Shown here: positions 20,705 to 34,155 of the stretch, piece by piece | Layout: each line of letters begins with the position of its first letter | Numbering within the stretch: position 1 is the stretch's first letter | Sequence record: OQ845958.1 | Origin: Escherichia phage pEC-M719-6WT.2 | DNA: 64,000 nt | Reading direction: 5' to 3' (one strand) | Position numbers and translations under genes: made by a program | Notes under the pieces: generated by a model | The model's input: only the letters and a program-made list of their open reading frames with translations | What the model was told of the DNA's origin: nothing | The model's database searches: none

Positions 20705-20760
20705 ACTAGGTAATATGATTCATCATCTCAAGATAACGGCTTCCCAGAATCAACTACAGG

Positions 20761-20808
20761 AGCCCGTAGAACCGATTATGCTTTTATTTATACCACTGTA
20801 TAATGGTT
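20761..20808 (+). promoter_or_regulatory. Palindromic middle-promoter-like cassette (TGCTTTT-N13-TATAAT-GGTTCTACGG), oriented antisense to gene 18
   Basis: 10-nt perfect inverted repeat CCGTAGAACC/GGTTCTACGG flanks a MotA box, TATAAT and an internal TATTTATA. Confidence 0.5.
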
Positions 20809-20849
20809 CTACGGTTTCTAACTGATTAATTCATTCTAAGCGATGATAA

Positions 20850-22829
20850 TTATTGTGGCCCAATCAGCTCATCAAAATCAGCACCAGTGCTAGTGGCTAC
20901 GAAGTTAAGAGTGATGTAGTTGATGCTGCGCGCAGGTTTAAAATAAATGCTAGCAACAAACTCATTTCGGTCTATGACCGACGGGGTGTTGTTAGTAGTA
21001 TCACAAACTACACGACCTTCATAAATGCCACCAAGTGCACGAATACCATCCAAGTATTGAGAAGTTTCCATACGGAATGATGCACGAGTGAAGTTATCGT
21101 TAAGCTCAAACAGTTTATATTTGGATGCATCACCGATATTTTTCTTCAGCATATTCGTAAGACGACGAACGTTAATATGGTCCATCGGAGATGGAACTTT
21201 AGTTGCAGTCTTATCACCATACAGAACAAAACCATCACCACCTGCGAAACCAACAACCGGGTTGATAGCTTCTTGATACATGCGGTCACGTTGGGTCTGA
21301 CGTGGTTCAACAGCCAATTTCAGAACGTTCAGAATCTGACCGCGGTTATAACCAGCCGGAGACATCCAAGGCTGAGAAACATCATCAGTACGAGCACACA
21401 GACCAGCCATATCAGCTGCCAGAGGAACCCAACGGTTAACGTCATTATATTTATCATACTGATATTTATAGTTGCCATCAATCGCTGCATAAGTCGTGCT
21501 GATATTCATGTTATCAGTATCAAATGCGCCAGCACCTGTACGCCAGTCAATCAGGTTATCCACTGCACGGGTCAGAGGAACGTTAACCAACAGACCTTTC
21601 GGCGGGGAAATAAATGCCAGACAATCCTGACGTTCGTCAGCAATAGAAACCACGTGTTTCTGAACAGTGGAAGCGGTTGCATCACCTTCACCAGCTACTG
21701 CACCAGCGATAAGCAGGTTAATATGCAGTGCTTCACGGTCAGCAAACAGGTCCCAACCTTGCATCAAATCACCAGCGGTAATCTTATCGTTTGCAGAAAT
21801 ACCACCAGACAGATTGATGATACCACTGAAGCCTGCAGGCCAGTTGCGAGATGTTGCATAGATGTAGTTGGAAGTACCTTTTGCAAAGTAGTCATCCAGA
21901 TAAATGTTATTACCGTAAACATCTTTTTCGCCCTGCTTGGTAGACAAAACAACGTTTTCGACGATTGCACCATCGCGGCGAACGATAATTGCATATTGGT
22001 TTTCAGACTGAGGACCATAGTTAAACACGGCACGAGCCACAGAAGCACGCGTTCCGCCGCCCGGGAAAATATTCAGATTTGCAGCTGCGCCTTTTTCAAA
22101 TTCAGCTTTAGATACGATTTCAACTTCCAGAGTAGAACCGATTTCGCCTGGATAAAGAGCAACAACACCTGGCATTGCATATTTTGCTAATGATGCCTGG
22201 AATTCCAGAGAAGTAATTGCTTCTTCACTGTTTTCTGCTTCAGTCAACAGAATTCCAGAATCGGTAACAATTTTCCCAACAGTGATGGTACCAGATACAC
22301 CAGAAGAAGTGGTTGTAACTTCCGCAGTCCATGCACTACCTAAATTAGGATACTGATTAATAGTTTTGGCAAATGCAATAATCTTATCGGTAGGAATAAA
22401 GATTGCCTGAATTTTACCATCAACGTCGACCTTGGTCACACGGCCAGCCGGTTCAACAACAGTCTGGTTGTGTTTAACCTGAATAACATCACCGACAGCA
22501 TAGTTTGTACCAGCAGTTACGATGGTAGTTTCAATATTGCCAGCAATAGGGGATGCGTTTTTAGCTTCGTCACGGTTAACAACACGTACAGTACGGAGGT
22601 CATTACCATATTGCAGGAAGTTCATCCCACTCATAAAGTAATCTGCTGTTTCATTATTCGGACCACCAAACAAATCAACAAGTTCAACTTCGTTTGTAAT
22701 TTGAGTTACCTGGAAAGCTGGGCCCCACTGGAATTTACCAACCAGCGCCGCACGACCCGTCGCGTTACGAACAACAGTGCTTTGTACCGTTGTTTCTTTG
22801 AGCTCAATGCCCGGGGATAATAAAGCCAT
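20850..22829 (-). CDS. 18: Tail sheath protein gp18
   Basis: 659 aa, same length as T4 gp18; near-identical blocks (LLSPGIELKETTVQSTVV, SPAGYNRGQILNV). Confidence 0.97.
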   Translation of the reverse strand: MALLSPGIELKETTVQSTVVRNATGRAALVGKFQWGPAFQVTQITNEVELVDLFGGPNNETADYFMSGMNFLQYGNDLRTVRVVNRDEAKNASPIAGNIETTIVTAGTNYAVGDVIQVKHNQTVVEPAGRVTKVDVDGKIQAIFIPTDKIIAFAKTINQYPNLGSAWTAEVTTTSSGVSGTITVGKIVTDSGILLTEAENSEEAITSLEFQASLAKYAMPGVVALYPGEIGSTLEVEIVSKAEFEKGAAANLNIFPGGGTRASVARAVFNYGPQSENQYAIIVRRDGAIVENVVLSTKQGEKDVYGNNIYLDDYFAKGTSNYIYATSRNWPAGFSGIINLSGGISANDKITAGDLMQGWDLFADREALHINLLIAGAVAGEGDATASTVQKHVVSIADERQDCLAFISPPKGLLVNVPLTRAVDNLIDWRTGAGAFDTDNMNISTTYAAIDGNYKYQYDKYNDVNRWVPLAADMAGLCARTDDVSQPWMSPAGYNRGQILNVLKLAVEPRQTQRDRMYQEAINPVVGFAGGDGFVLYGDKTATKVPSPMDHINVRRLTNMLKKNIGDASKYKLFELNDNFTRASFRMETSQYLDGIRALGGIYEGRVVCDTTNNTPSVIDRNEFVASIYFKPARSINYITLNFVATSTGADFDELIGPQ

Positions 22830-22858
22830 TTTGAGTCCTCTAATAGTTTGCTTTACTT

Positions 22859-25165
<2,307 letters not shown>

Positions 25166-25169
<4 letters not shown>

Positions 25170-26041
25170 AGTGGTACCCTATTTTTTCTTGGAGCTGGCG
25201 GTGCTGGGTCAACCGGTACAGGAATATCCTGCGAATATGTTTGAACAGATTCACCTTGCCAGTCTTCTTGGTCGACGTCTCGTGGAACGGCTTCCGAGTC
25301 AACAGATTCGAAATTGCCCTCTGGTGCAAGCTCTCTGGAATTTGCAAAGAAGTCAAGATAGATAGTACGGATTTCCCCGGCTACTTCCTTGACCGGTGGA
25401 TATAACCAACCGTTAACTTCGAACATAATGGACCATTCGAGTCTACGACGAGTCATTGCATCACCTTCAATTTGCTCATCCATAGCAATTGACTGCAATA
25501 CGATTCTTATATCACGTTCGAATGTAATTTCATTCGTGTAAAGTTCAGTGATGGTTGTATTAAAATGTGGCTGGAAGTAAGGCATGATTTGTTCGATAAT
25601 CTGGAACATATCATCTTGATGCCTTGTATATATTCCAAGCTCGAAAATCATTTTGACCGGCACAGGAGAATATTGAGATATCTGCTTGCGAGGGTCGTTA
25701 TTAGCAAATCGCGCTTGTGTGTGATTCTGGAGAGCCGTTTTATATTGCCCGTTATACATCAAGTCAACCATATGTAGGTTCATACGGGGCAATACGGTCT
25801 CGATTTTAGCCTTCTGAGCAGCACGTTCTTGTGGTGACATGTCAGGAGTCGGTGTATTCTGAATAGCGGTCCATTTTCCAAGCTGCATCATGAATTTTTC
25901 TTTTGAAGCATAAGAAATAGGGACCTTAATATATTTAAGTCCAGTGTCTTCTCTGGTTCTGGCCACTTGTACATGGGAAAATAAATCGCCCATTAAAACG
26001 ATATAGCGACGCAGAGACGAATTATAAAAATGCCCAAACAA
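25166..26041 (-). CDS. 15: Tail sheath stabiliser / tail completion protein gp15
   Basis: Matches T4 gp15 ([35 protein letters not shown]). Confidence 0.95.
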
Positions 26042-26084
26042 AGTAACCTCCAGGCGCCCAGTTCGGGCGCATTAATAAATGTAT

Positions 26085-26873
26085 TTATTCATCAAAGAAA
26101 CTATCGTCAAAGCTATCCTGTTTTGCCTTCGGAGGAGCCTCAAGTCCACGACCATTCTGCACAAAATATGGTTTAACATATTCAGCTGCTTCTGCGTTAA
26201 TCTCATTGGATTCAGCATAAGGGATATTGCTGATATCTGTAAGACCATCGATATTGTGGATTGGTTGTAAATCGAGCTCACTGAATTCTGGAATATTAAT
26301 ACCTTCATTCCGTTGCAATTCGGGTTTAAGCTCTTCTCCGGAGTAAATGTATTTGCTCGCAGTGATTTTACGGATAGCATTTTGACCTACCTGATAGAAT
26401 GGGTCATAAGGTTGCACCCATGTAATTTCGAACAGGCTGTTATCAAGAGGGAAATAAATCAAATCCCCGGCAATAGGTTCAGTTCCATTGCATTGGTGTT
26501 TAAACAGGTTAGGGTTAATCGATATTGTAATTTCATCGTTCACAGTCATACCGAATTTACTAAAGATAGAACCATCACCCTGATATGCATCGAACGTATC
26601 CAGATATCCAGCAAATTTCCATGCTTTATCAAATTTACTCTGGAGGTCTTCACCAAATAACAAATCCGGTTTAACGAATTGCCTTGGGATATAATAAAGA
26701 GACATTCCGCGCATCTGAATACTTTCAGCAACAATAGCATCTGCTAAAGTCTGGGTATTTTCATGATGCATAAAGTTTACATATTGGTTGAGTATCTCTG
26801 ACGAGTTTGTATTGTCATACCCGGTTCCATCTTCGAGCCGAGCGAATAAGCTTGCATCATAAGAATTACGCAT
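26085..26873 (-). CDS. 14: Neck protein gp14
   Basis: 262 aa (T4 gp14 256 aa); position upstream of gene 15. Confidence 0.8.
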   Translation of the reverse strand: MRNSYDASLFARLEDGTGYDNTNSSEILNQYVNFMHHENTQTLADAIVAESIQMRGMSLYYIPRQFVKPDLLFGEDLQSKFDKAWKFAGYLDTFDAYQGDGSIFSKFGMTVNDEITISINPNLFKHQCNGTEPIAGDLIYFPLDNSLFEITWVQPYDPFYQVGQNAIRKITASKYIYSGEELKPELQRNEGINIPEFSELDLQPIHNIDGLTDISNIPYAESNEINAEAAEYVKPYFVQNGRGLEAPPKAKQDSFDDSFFDE

Positions 26874-27501
26874 AATTCCATAATTTCCATTTTTCGGCTG
26901 TACTTTTACATCTGTAAATGACCGTCGCCGGTGTTATCGAATAATATTCTGCACATTTTCTTCCGGTACAAAATTCTAGGTCGCCGGTAATAATTTTACG
27001 CGCGGCCGGATTTTTATCATCAGAAAAATCTGGATGTCTGTCCTTAAAATCAATCCACATTCGAGCTGTTGATTCTTTACGACGTTTTAATCCTTCTTCT
27101 GACCATTCCCTTTGTTTTGCTGCGTCTGACATTCGTTTTCTTGATTCTGCTGTTCTCTTTTTACCAAAGGCAGGGGAATCTTCTGGACAACTATAACCTT
27201 CTGGTCCGCCTCCCCCTGTTGGATGTAAATTTGCACAATTATCGAAACTTTCTAAAAGCTCACTGACTAGTAAGGCTTCGGCTTCTTTTAATAGGGCAGG
27301 CGATTCAAAAGGTTTAGACCATGTAATGTCGACTAAACATTTCCTTCCGTATTTTTGTTTAGCTCGCTTGACAATAGTACCAGAACCGAAATAACTATCC
27401 GCTTTAGAATCTTCATAATGTGAATGGCGTTTACCGCCATATACCATTATCCCATTAGATGTTTCAAATGTTGATACATAAAGTCTATAGTATGTAGTCA
27501 T
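26866..27501 (-). CDS. Seg-like GIY-YIG homing endonuclease
   Basis: N-terminal GIY-YIG-like YRLY-x11-VYGG; C-terminal tail ([31 protein letters not shown]) aligns with the I-TevI/Seg C-terminal DNA-binding tail; inserted between neck genes 13 and 14. Confidence 0.6.
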   Translation of the reverse strand: MTTYYRLYVSTFETSNGIMVYGGKRHSHYEDSKADSYFGSGTIVKRAKQKYGRKCLVDITWSKPFESPALLKEAEALLVSELLESFDNCANLHPTGGGGPEGYSCPEDSPAFGKKRTAESRKRMSDAAKQREWSEEGLKRRKESTARMWIDFKDRHPDFSDDKNPAARKIITGDLEFCTGRKCAEYYSITPATVIYRCKSTAEKWKLWNYA

Positions 27502-27504
27502 TAA

Positions 27505-28443
27505 TCACCCAATTAGTATTCCAGCTGGTGCATCCAGCAGGTCAAGTTCTTCGCGGAGACGTTCTTTTTCCATACGAGCTTCTTCAATTAAACGAACACC
27601 ATCAACCGTGGTACCACCTGGCATCATCATCCCCTGGTGTTTAGCCAATACGTTGCCGTTAACTTCCTTAACGAGCGCTGTGGCATAGTCTTTCACCCAA
27701 CGGTTGTTATATGCACCATCTTGAAGTCCAAGGTCCTCACCAGCTCTCATACCGCTTATTCTGCGCGCTGGGTTATCCCACTGTGCGCCTGCATTCCACG
27801 GATTATCACAATCAGCCGAAGCAAAACCATAGCCAGCTGTATTGCCTACCATTGAATCCACACCGTTATATGATTTGGTAAAAACTTCAATTACAATCAC
27901 ATCTCCCTGGCGGAAGTTGCCCATAATTTTAAGTTGTTCGGTATCGTCATTATACCAGTAATCTGGCAGCGGAACCATCAGGTCTTGCATCATTGAACGG
28001 TATTGCATAAGCTGTGTAAAATAACCAAGGTCTGCACCAAAAGCATTTGGACCAAAGCTGTTACATGAGCTACCCATTCCACCGTTAATCCCGGCCAGTC
28101 CCAGAACAAAATCTGTGAACCATGGATATGTAGCTTGACCATCCATCGAAGTTAATGAACCGACGTTAGTACGAATAATCTGCGTTACTGCAAAAATATT
28201 ACGGCCTTTTAAATCGAAAACACCATCGCGAAATTTCTGTTGTGAAACGTCATCATGACCGATATAAAAAGCCTGATAACCTTTGTTATAACCATTATAA
28301 TGATATTCACCATATAATTCTAATGCACGCTGGATGCAATCATAGACCTGTTCGGTCGTAACTTCGATATTCGTAATTGGAGCACCAAGACGTCGAAGGA
28401 TTGCATCTTTTAATTGTTTCGGGTTGTATGATTCAGTTGCCAT
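27505..28443 (-). CDS. 13: Neck protein gp13
   Basis: 312 aa; strong match to T4 gp13 ([36 protein letters not shown]). Confidence 0.95.
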   Translation of the reverse strand: MATESYNPKQLKDAILRRLGAPITNIEVTTEQVYDCIQRALELYGEYHYNGYNKGYQAFYIGHDDVSQQKFRDGVFDLKGRNIFAVTQIIRTNVGSLTSMDGQATYPWFTDFVLGLAGINGGMGSSCNSFGPNAFGADLGYFTQLMQYRSMMQDLMVPLPDYWYNDDTEQLKIMGNFRQGDVIVIEVFTKSYNGVDSMVGNTAGYGFASADCDNPWNAGAQWDNPARRISGMRAGEDLGLQDGAYNNRWVKDYATALVKEVNGNVLAKHQGMMMPGGTTVDGVRLIEEARMEKERLREELDLLDAPAGILIG

Positions 28444-28461
28444 ATGTTTTCCTCTTTACTG

Positions 28462-28469
28462 TATTTATA
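28462..28469 (-). promoter_or_regulatory. Late promoter (TATAAATA) for gene 13
   Basis: Plus-strand TATTTATA upstream of the gp13 ATG. Confidence 0.5.
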
Positions 28470-28494
28470 CGAAAAAAGGGCCGAAGCCCTTTTG
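28466..28494 (-). terminator. Rho-independent terminator after wac
   Basis: Minus strand reads AAAGGGCttcgGCCCTTTTTT immediately 3' of wac. Confidence 0.65.
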
Positions 28495-30120
28495 TTATGG
28501 TCCAACAGTCACGAATGTAGACAAAAGAACCCATGCATTATCAACGAGCACATAAGGGAGACCATCAGCTGCAGGAGCGACAGGAGGCCTTTTGGCGAGC
28601 TCTGTTTCTAAGGCTGATACTTTACCTTCTAAAGTAGTTATCTTCGCCTCGGCCGCATCCAGGCGACCAGGGAGCGGAGTTACTGTACCTTCAAGGGTTG
28701 TCACGCGAGTGGTTAATGGTGCAATTTTTGCAGTATCGAGTTTAATTGCATCAATCTCGGTTCTGGTATCGATAATTTCAGTCCAGTTTCCTTGCTTGCG
28801 ACCATATAACTTATTGTCCAATGGTGCGTCGTTCAGCTTGGATGCCATCAGCATATCCAAGTTAATTACAACCGGAAGAACACCACGTTCAGCCACAGTA
28901 GCACCGTTAGGGTTTGTACCATTCATCTGGCTAGTTAAAGTCAAAATAGAGCCTTTCATACCAGTGTTATTTGTACCGATTTCGGCCTGTACATCCTGAA
29001 GGCCTGATGCAGTTTCGTTAGCCAGTGTAGTGGTCGCATTCAACTTATACGTGATAGTGTTTGGCTCCGGAGATTGCTCTGTACCGATTCTCTGAGAAAG
29101 CCATGCAGTGGTACCACGTAAACCAGAGCTTGAATCCTGGCCAACAACAACCTGTAAGCCATTAACATCCGAGCGCAAAGCACTGATTCGACCATTAATT
29201 GTTAATGGTTCCAGAGCGGTGCCGATATCAGCTTCAACCTTAGCAAGTCTTGGTTTGATATCCGCAATATCTGTTTCATTGACCGAAACACGTCCACCAA
29301 GATTTTCAACGCGAGTTGTAATTGCAAGTCCGTTACCAAAACCAATAGCTTCTTGAATGTTGACAATATCTTCGTCAATTTCGACTACTTTGTCGTCAAG
29401 AGTATTCAGTCGAACAAATACAGTCGGTTTACCTGTTGCTAAAGTAGACTCACCTAATTCTTCGCGAATTTTAATTACTTTTATGTTAAGAGAACCAACA
29501 TCAGAATCATGATAGTTATCTTCAAGAGTCTTAATACGAACTCCATGAGCAACAATAGCCGAACTGTTATCGATGATGCGGCGTTTCATGCCTTTTGACG
29601 GATTGCCGATAACCTGGAGACCATTTATATCTTGGTCAACATACTGGCCTAATTCATTTTTAATCCATACGAGGTCATTACGAACTGTGCGATAATATGA
29701 ATCGGTTAACGGGTCATAAACGCCAACATCTTCTTTTAACTTTTTAAGGTCTTCAGATGTTTCGCTTGATAATAATTCGGTATTAAATTGACGTTCATCA
29801 AGGTCAAGAATATCCGTACGGTTTTTTTCAATTTGTTTAACAACTTCCGTGTTAGTTGTTATATTCAAAGCTTCCTGAATATTATTGACGTTATCAATAA
29901 TTTCGTTTATTTTTTCTTTAGATGCATTTGAGTTGTCGTCGAGTGTATCTACGTTTGTTTGAACGCCAACTGCAGCGGCGTTCAAATTACCATCATGACC
30001 ATATTTGGTACTGGCCGCAGTCATACAATCGCCGTTTTGTATCCAACGAATTCTCTGTTGACCTTCGTCTGGAATACCGATGCTATACGGCAGTTCTTTG
30101 AGACTGAGTTTATTAATCAT
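28495..30120 (-). CDS. wac: Fibritin (whisker/collar) with C-terminal foldon
   Basis: Coiled-coil protein ending in a foldon-like GLPYVLVDNAWVLLSTF; start set to internal ATG (MINKLSLKELPY) just after the gp12 stop. Confidence 0.9.
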   Translation of the reverse strand: MINKLSLKELPYSIGIPDEGQQRIRWIQNGDCMTAASTKYGHDGNLNAAAVGVQTNVDTLDDNSNASKEKINEIIDNVNNIQEALNITTNTEVVKQIEKNRTDILDLDERQFNTELLSSETSEDLKKLKEDVGVYDPLTDSYYRTVRNDLVWIKNELGQYVDQDINGLQVIGNPSKGMKRRIIDNSSAIVAHGVRIKTLEDNYHDSDVGSLNIKVIKIREELGESTLATGKPTVFVRLNTLDDKVVEIDEDIVNIQEAIGFGNGLAITTRVENLGGRVSVNETDIADIKPRLAKVEADIGTALEPLTINGRISALRSDVNGLQVVVGQDSSSGLRGTTAWLSQRIGTEQSPEPNTITYKLNATTTLANETASGLQDVQAEIGTNNTGMKGSILTLTSQMNGTNPNGATVAERGVLPVVINLDMLMASKLNDAPLDNKLYGRKQGNWTEIIDTRTEIDAIKLDTAKIAPLTTRVTTLEGTVTPLPGRLDAAEAKITTLEGKVSALETELAKRPPVAPAADGLPYVLVDNAWVLLSTFVTVGP

Positions 30121-30128
30121 TTTGGTCC

Positions 30129-31679
30129 TTAGTAATGAATTTTGATAATATAGTTTAAAGACATATTCCATGGGCGAGTTTCATAACCAATAAGACCTTC
30201 ACGGTTTAACGTACCTAAAGCATCTCTGCCGCCACCGAGTTCAAATCCATCGTTAGTAAAATATGAAGCGTTATCCCAGTCTGCATATTTTCTTGTGCCC
30301 AGATAACCTTGATAAACTGATGCACCAAATGGAGCTTCGTTACGTTGGTATTCACCCCAACCACCCGCGTGTTTATGATATGACATTTGCTGAGCTTGTA
30401 CACCACCGACCCATGAACCATCACAACCAACACCCAAACGGTCTTTGCCATAACCATCTTGACCGCGGTTATTCAGAATATGTCCACCGGTACCAGCACC
30501 ACGAACAAACAAACCACGCATATCAGGAATACCGACGTTGGTCCAATCGCCACCGAAACGAGTTCCAACAGTATTTCGATAGTCAGGGAATTGGTCACCA
30601 TTAACGGTGCCGCCGTGACACATAATCCAGCCAGGAGGAGCACTATCACCTGCGAACATCATCACCGTTCCAACTGGAACCCGTTCAGAAGCATAGCGCT
30701 GTGTAGAAAGTAATTGACCGCCCATATGAGCTGTATTGGAATCAAAATTGCCGGTGGAAATATAATCTAAAGAAAGACTTCCATTAATTCGTTGACCACC
30801 ACGAGTGTTGATTACATCAGCATTCCAAGCCAGTGCACCTGAACCATCACCACCAGGAGCAACCCCCGCTTGAGTAGTTAATCTAACAACGCCACGAATA
30901 TCGGTTGTGGCTCCACGACCATTAAGAGTTGCACCAGTTACCGCAACACCATCAGCACTGTTATTAATTTCTGACTGGTTACCAAGACGAATAATTCCAG
31001 CGCGGTCTTGTGTTGCTGTACGAGCATTTAAACCTGCTGGAGAAATTGCTACACCGTCACCCAGGGTTCCTGCTTGCACTTCAGCATTTGTAGCAATTCG
31101 TACTAAACCAGAAACAGTTTGTGTGGCAGTTGAATAAGTTGGAAGCGCCGCTGTTGCTTTGCCAATTGCCAGAGCAACTTTCAACGGAGACATAGCGGTT
31201 GTATCATCTGTACCAGCTAAAGCTGCATCCTCGGTACTAATACGAAGAACACCCAGGTTATTTTCAGTACCAACACGAACAGTAAAAACATTATCAATTG
31301 TTGCTTTTAATGAAGATGGAACAATAGCTGCATCGGTTACTGTCCCGGCAATTGCTTCGGCATTGGTTGCATAACGGGTAATACCTACATAAGTTTCTGT
31401 AGCTTGCGTAGGAATGTCTAAACGAGCTTTTAAGGTCGCTGGAGTAACTGCAGAGTCTGGACTAATACCATCAATAACTTCTTGTGTGGTGGCTAGCCTG
31501 ATGAGTCCTGCGGTCGTTTCGGATGAGGCTGGGATATATCCATCTAACGCAATTTTATTAAGAGACCCTAAAGCCTCTTGTACGTTGGTAACAGTCGACG
31601 GGAAAGCTGTTCCCGTCGGGTCGAATGTTTTATATTCGGATTTATCGCTAATGTGTTTTAGCGTGTTAGTCGTTGTCAT
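30129..31679 (-). CDS. 12: Short tail fiber protein gp12
   Basis: 516 aa; matches T4 gp12 (QEVIDG, VTPATL, KQQMSYHKHAGG.GEY, NETRPWN.SLNYIIK). Confidence 0.95.
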   Translation of the reverse strand: MTTTNTLKHISDKSEYKTFDPTGTAFPSTVTNVQEALGSLNKIALDGYIPASSETTAGLIRLATTQEVIDGISPDSAVTPATLKARLDIPTQATETYVGITRYATNAEAIAGTVTDAAIVPSSLKATIDNVFTVRVGTENNLGVLRISTEDAALAGTDDTTAMSPLKVALAIGKATAALPTYSTATQTVSGLVRIATNAEVQAGTLGDGVAISPAGLNARTATQDRAGIIRLGNQSEINNSADGVAVTGATLNGRGATTDIRGVVRLTTQAGVAPGGDGSGALAWNADVINTRGGQRINGSLSLDYISTGNFDSNTAHMGGQLLSTQRYASERVPVGTVMMFAGDSAPPGWIMCHGGTVNGDQFPDYRNTVGTRFGGDWTNVGIPDMRGLFVRGAGTGGHILNNRGQDGYGKDRLGVGCDGSWVGGVQAQQMSYHKHAGGWGEYQRNEAPFGASVYQGYLGTRKYADWDNASYFTNDGFELGGGRDALGTLNREGLIGYETRPWNMSLNYIIKIHY

Positions 31680-32344
31680 TACGATACTCGCTTATAATGG
31701 TAAAGTGAAATTGCGCCATCTGCTGTGCCACCTGATAATGTCTGGGTTGAAGTTCCAAGATATTCCCAGGAACCATAACCACCGCGCGGTTGCTGTATAA
31801 TAGTCTGGCTAAGCGTACAACCATATTGAGTAAAAGGTGCAAAATTATGGTTTTGATAGTCGTTATATGTAATATTTAATATAGACTGGTCTACACTATC
31901 AATTGCAGAGCTTGATACAATTAAACTATCAGCAACAGCCGCCAGCAAAGCATCGTTAACCTTGGAAGCAACTAATACAGCCGAATCCCCGACAATAACC
32001 TCAACTGGAATACCAAAAATGAAAAATAAAACAGTATCACCAACTCCAGCACCAGAAATAGACCCGGTAAATTTAATTTTATCCGACTGACTGATTGCCG
32101 CAGGAGAAAGGTTATTCGTATTAGTAATTACACTGCCAACCGGAAGCTCATATCGAAACGCAATATCATCTATTGCGCTCTGAACTGTTGGATAAAAAAT
32201 ACCCTCGGTTGTTTGTGTTGCAGATGGGCCGCCGATTGCTCGTTGACCCATGACAGCCGTAATATTTTTTGATGTATTTTGAAATTCTAAGCAACTAGCA
32301 AGGCGGGAAATTACTCCAGCCTTTTTATTCGTTAATGTTTTCAT
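31679..32344 (-). CDS. 11: Baseplate wedge / short-fiber attachment protein gp11
   Basis: 221 aa (T4 219 aa); position between 10 and 12. Confidence 0.85.
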   Translation of the reverse strand: MKTLTNKKAGVISRLASCLEFQNTSKNITAVMGQRAIGGPSATQTTEGIFYPTVQSAIDDIAFRYELPVGSVITNTNNLSPAAISQSDKIKFTGSISGAGVGDTVLFFIFGIPVEVIVGDSAVLVASKVNDALLAAVADSLIVSSSAIDSVDQSILNITYNDYQNHNFAPFTQYGCTLSQTIIQQPRGGYGSWEYLGTSTQTLSGGTADGAISLYHYKRVS

Positions 32345-34155
32345 TAAGCAATCCTTACCCAGCGATGAGCAATCAAATATGGAGGCATTGTATAAACTGG
32401 TTGAGCTTGAGGGTCTTGCGCCTGATTAATGGTGGCTTTGTCTTCTCTGTATTTGGTATAGGCTGGACCTTGTGCATCTGGGTCTACCTGACAACCACCG
32501 ACAACAATCGGACCATTATCATCAACAACTAAAACCTTCTCATCAGTTTCAAGTTTAGGTACGTTTATATCTTTAATATGAACTTCAACGCTACCACCTG
32601 TACCACCTGCTGTCGCTTGTGGGTTACCACCAGAATCCAGGTCATTATTGTTTGTATGGAAGTTTGAGGCAGGGTCGTCTGACCAGGCAACAATTACACG
32701 TTCTTTCAAACGTTTCCATGAACCAAATCCCATATAAGTAACCGGGTTATTTGGGTTAACTGTATTTTCGTAAATTGTACCGACCGGATAGAATAATTCA
32801 AAGATAGCGCCAACAGAAGATGGAACAACTTCCTGAAGACCGACTGGTTCAACGTTTGGTGCAAACGGATTATCAAAATCTGTAATACGCACACGACCGG
32901 TTAGGCTTAACGTATTTCCCTGAGAAACATAAAGAGTATCAGTCTCATCACGGATTTCATCCATGGTCATAGTTGTGCCGATATCGTTATTGTACCAAAT
33001 GACCGACAGAATATCACCGTCTTCAAATTCACGGTAAATGCTAATGCCTTCGATACGGTTATCATCATCAAATTGCAGCAAATAATCCTGGTTTGATTCA
33101 GACCAGCTACCACCATTTGCACTACATTCTGCAGCAGTAGAACCTTGTGCACCTTCACAATAAAATACTGGAGTTCCCGCAGTACCAGCTTGATGTTGCA
33201 AAATACTGTTAATGAATACCTGACATGCGTTTGGGTTAATTGGGCTACCCGGAGAAATACCAAGTTCTTCAATTGTAAAGGTGTGTTTGGTTGTCAAATC
33301 TGTAACAATCAAAGAACCATTAATTGTTGTTTCTTTGGTCCTGTCTTGACTACGAACAAGTATATCACGACGATTATACGAACTACGCCATTGAGCAATA
33401 CCATCATTAAATGTTCGGATGATAACAGTATCACCTTCAGCACATGGCATTTTCAGACGGATGCTTTTACCATCAAGCGCAACGATTTCACCAGGGTTTG
33501 CACCAGGGGAACCAAATTCAGCATTCACCGGGTCGAAAATATCATCTTTACCATAAAACAGGTCGTTACCACGATGTTTGACTTCTAAGTTCGATACGCT
33601 ATATGGAATAGCACCAAACACATTGATAAAGTCAGTTTGTCCTTCGGTGGCAATAAACTGTTGGGATGCAACTGTGGCAACGTCGTTATTTGAAATTTTA
33701 TCGACTTGTTTATTATCGATATATTCCCAACGACCTGGTGAACAATATACAAGTTCAAGGTCAGCTAAGTTGCGTTTAATTTCTACTGGATTCGGTGAGC
33801 CTTTAATCGTATCCCCAACTGCAGGAACAATTGTCACCGGGTTGATTTGCCAGGTAGCAAACACATCACGCAAGCGAATTACATAATTGTATTCTTGAGT
33901 TGTTCCTTTTGGAAGGATAACTCGAACTGCACCGGCTGATGTATCGATGGTATAGCTTCGACCCATAACAGCGGACAACTCGGTGCCTTCTTGCGTAGTC
34001 CAAGTTTTCCATGCACCAGCTGCATGGGGATTTTCACCGTCCCCTAGCTGATAATAAAGGTCATCAAAGTTATTATTTATTTTTTGACCGCCGAGACGAA
34101 GGTAATCACCAGTACCATCATCAACCATATTGCCAATTTTTAAATTCTGTTTCAT
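32344..34155 (-). CDS. 10: Baseplate wedge protein gp10
   Basis: 603 aa (T4 602 aa); position in the 9-10-11 series. Confidence 0.85.
   Translation of the reverse strand: MKQNLKIGNMVDDGTGDYLRLGGQKINNNFDDLYYQLGDGENPHAAGAWKTWTTQEGTELSAVMGRSYTIDTSAGAVRVILPKGTTQEYNYVIRLRDVFATWQINPVTIVPAVGDTIKGSPNPVEIKRNLADLELVYCSPGRWEYIDNKQVDKISNNDVATVASQQFIATEGQTDFINVFGAIPYSVSNLEVKHRGNDLFYGKDDIFDPVNAEFGSPGANPGEIVALDGKSIRLKMPCAEGDTVIIRTFNDGIAQWRSSYNRRDILVRSQDRTKETTINGSLIVTDLTTKHTFTIEELGISPGSPINPNACQVFINSILQHQAGTAGTPVFYCEGAQGSTAAECSANGGSWSESNQDYLLQFDDDNRIEGISIYREFEDGDILSVIWYNNDIGTTMTMDEIRDETDTLYVSQGNTLSLTGRVRITDFDNPFAPNVEPVGLQEVVPSSVGAIFELFYPVGTIYENTVNPNNPVTYMGFGSWKRLKERVIVAWSDDPASNFHTNNNDLDSGGNPQATAGGTGGSVEVHIKDINVPKLETDEKVLVVDDNGPIVVGGCQVDPDAQGPAYTKYREDKATINQAQDPQAQPVYTMPPYLIAHRWVRIA

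Noticed and set aside
21177-22190. 337 aa plus-strand ORF
   Set aside because: Lies entirely antisense within the strongly conserved gp18 tail sheath gene; Cys/Thr/Asn-rich low-complexity translation typical of a spurious antisense frame.
26050-26090. Hairpin GGCGCCC..GGGCGC plus TATTTATT between genes 14 and 15
   Set aside because: No T-run after the hairpin and the octamer is not consensus; too weak to call a terminator or late promoter.
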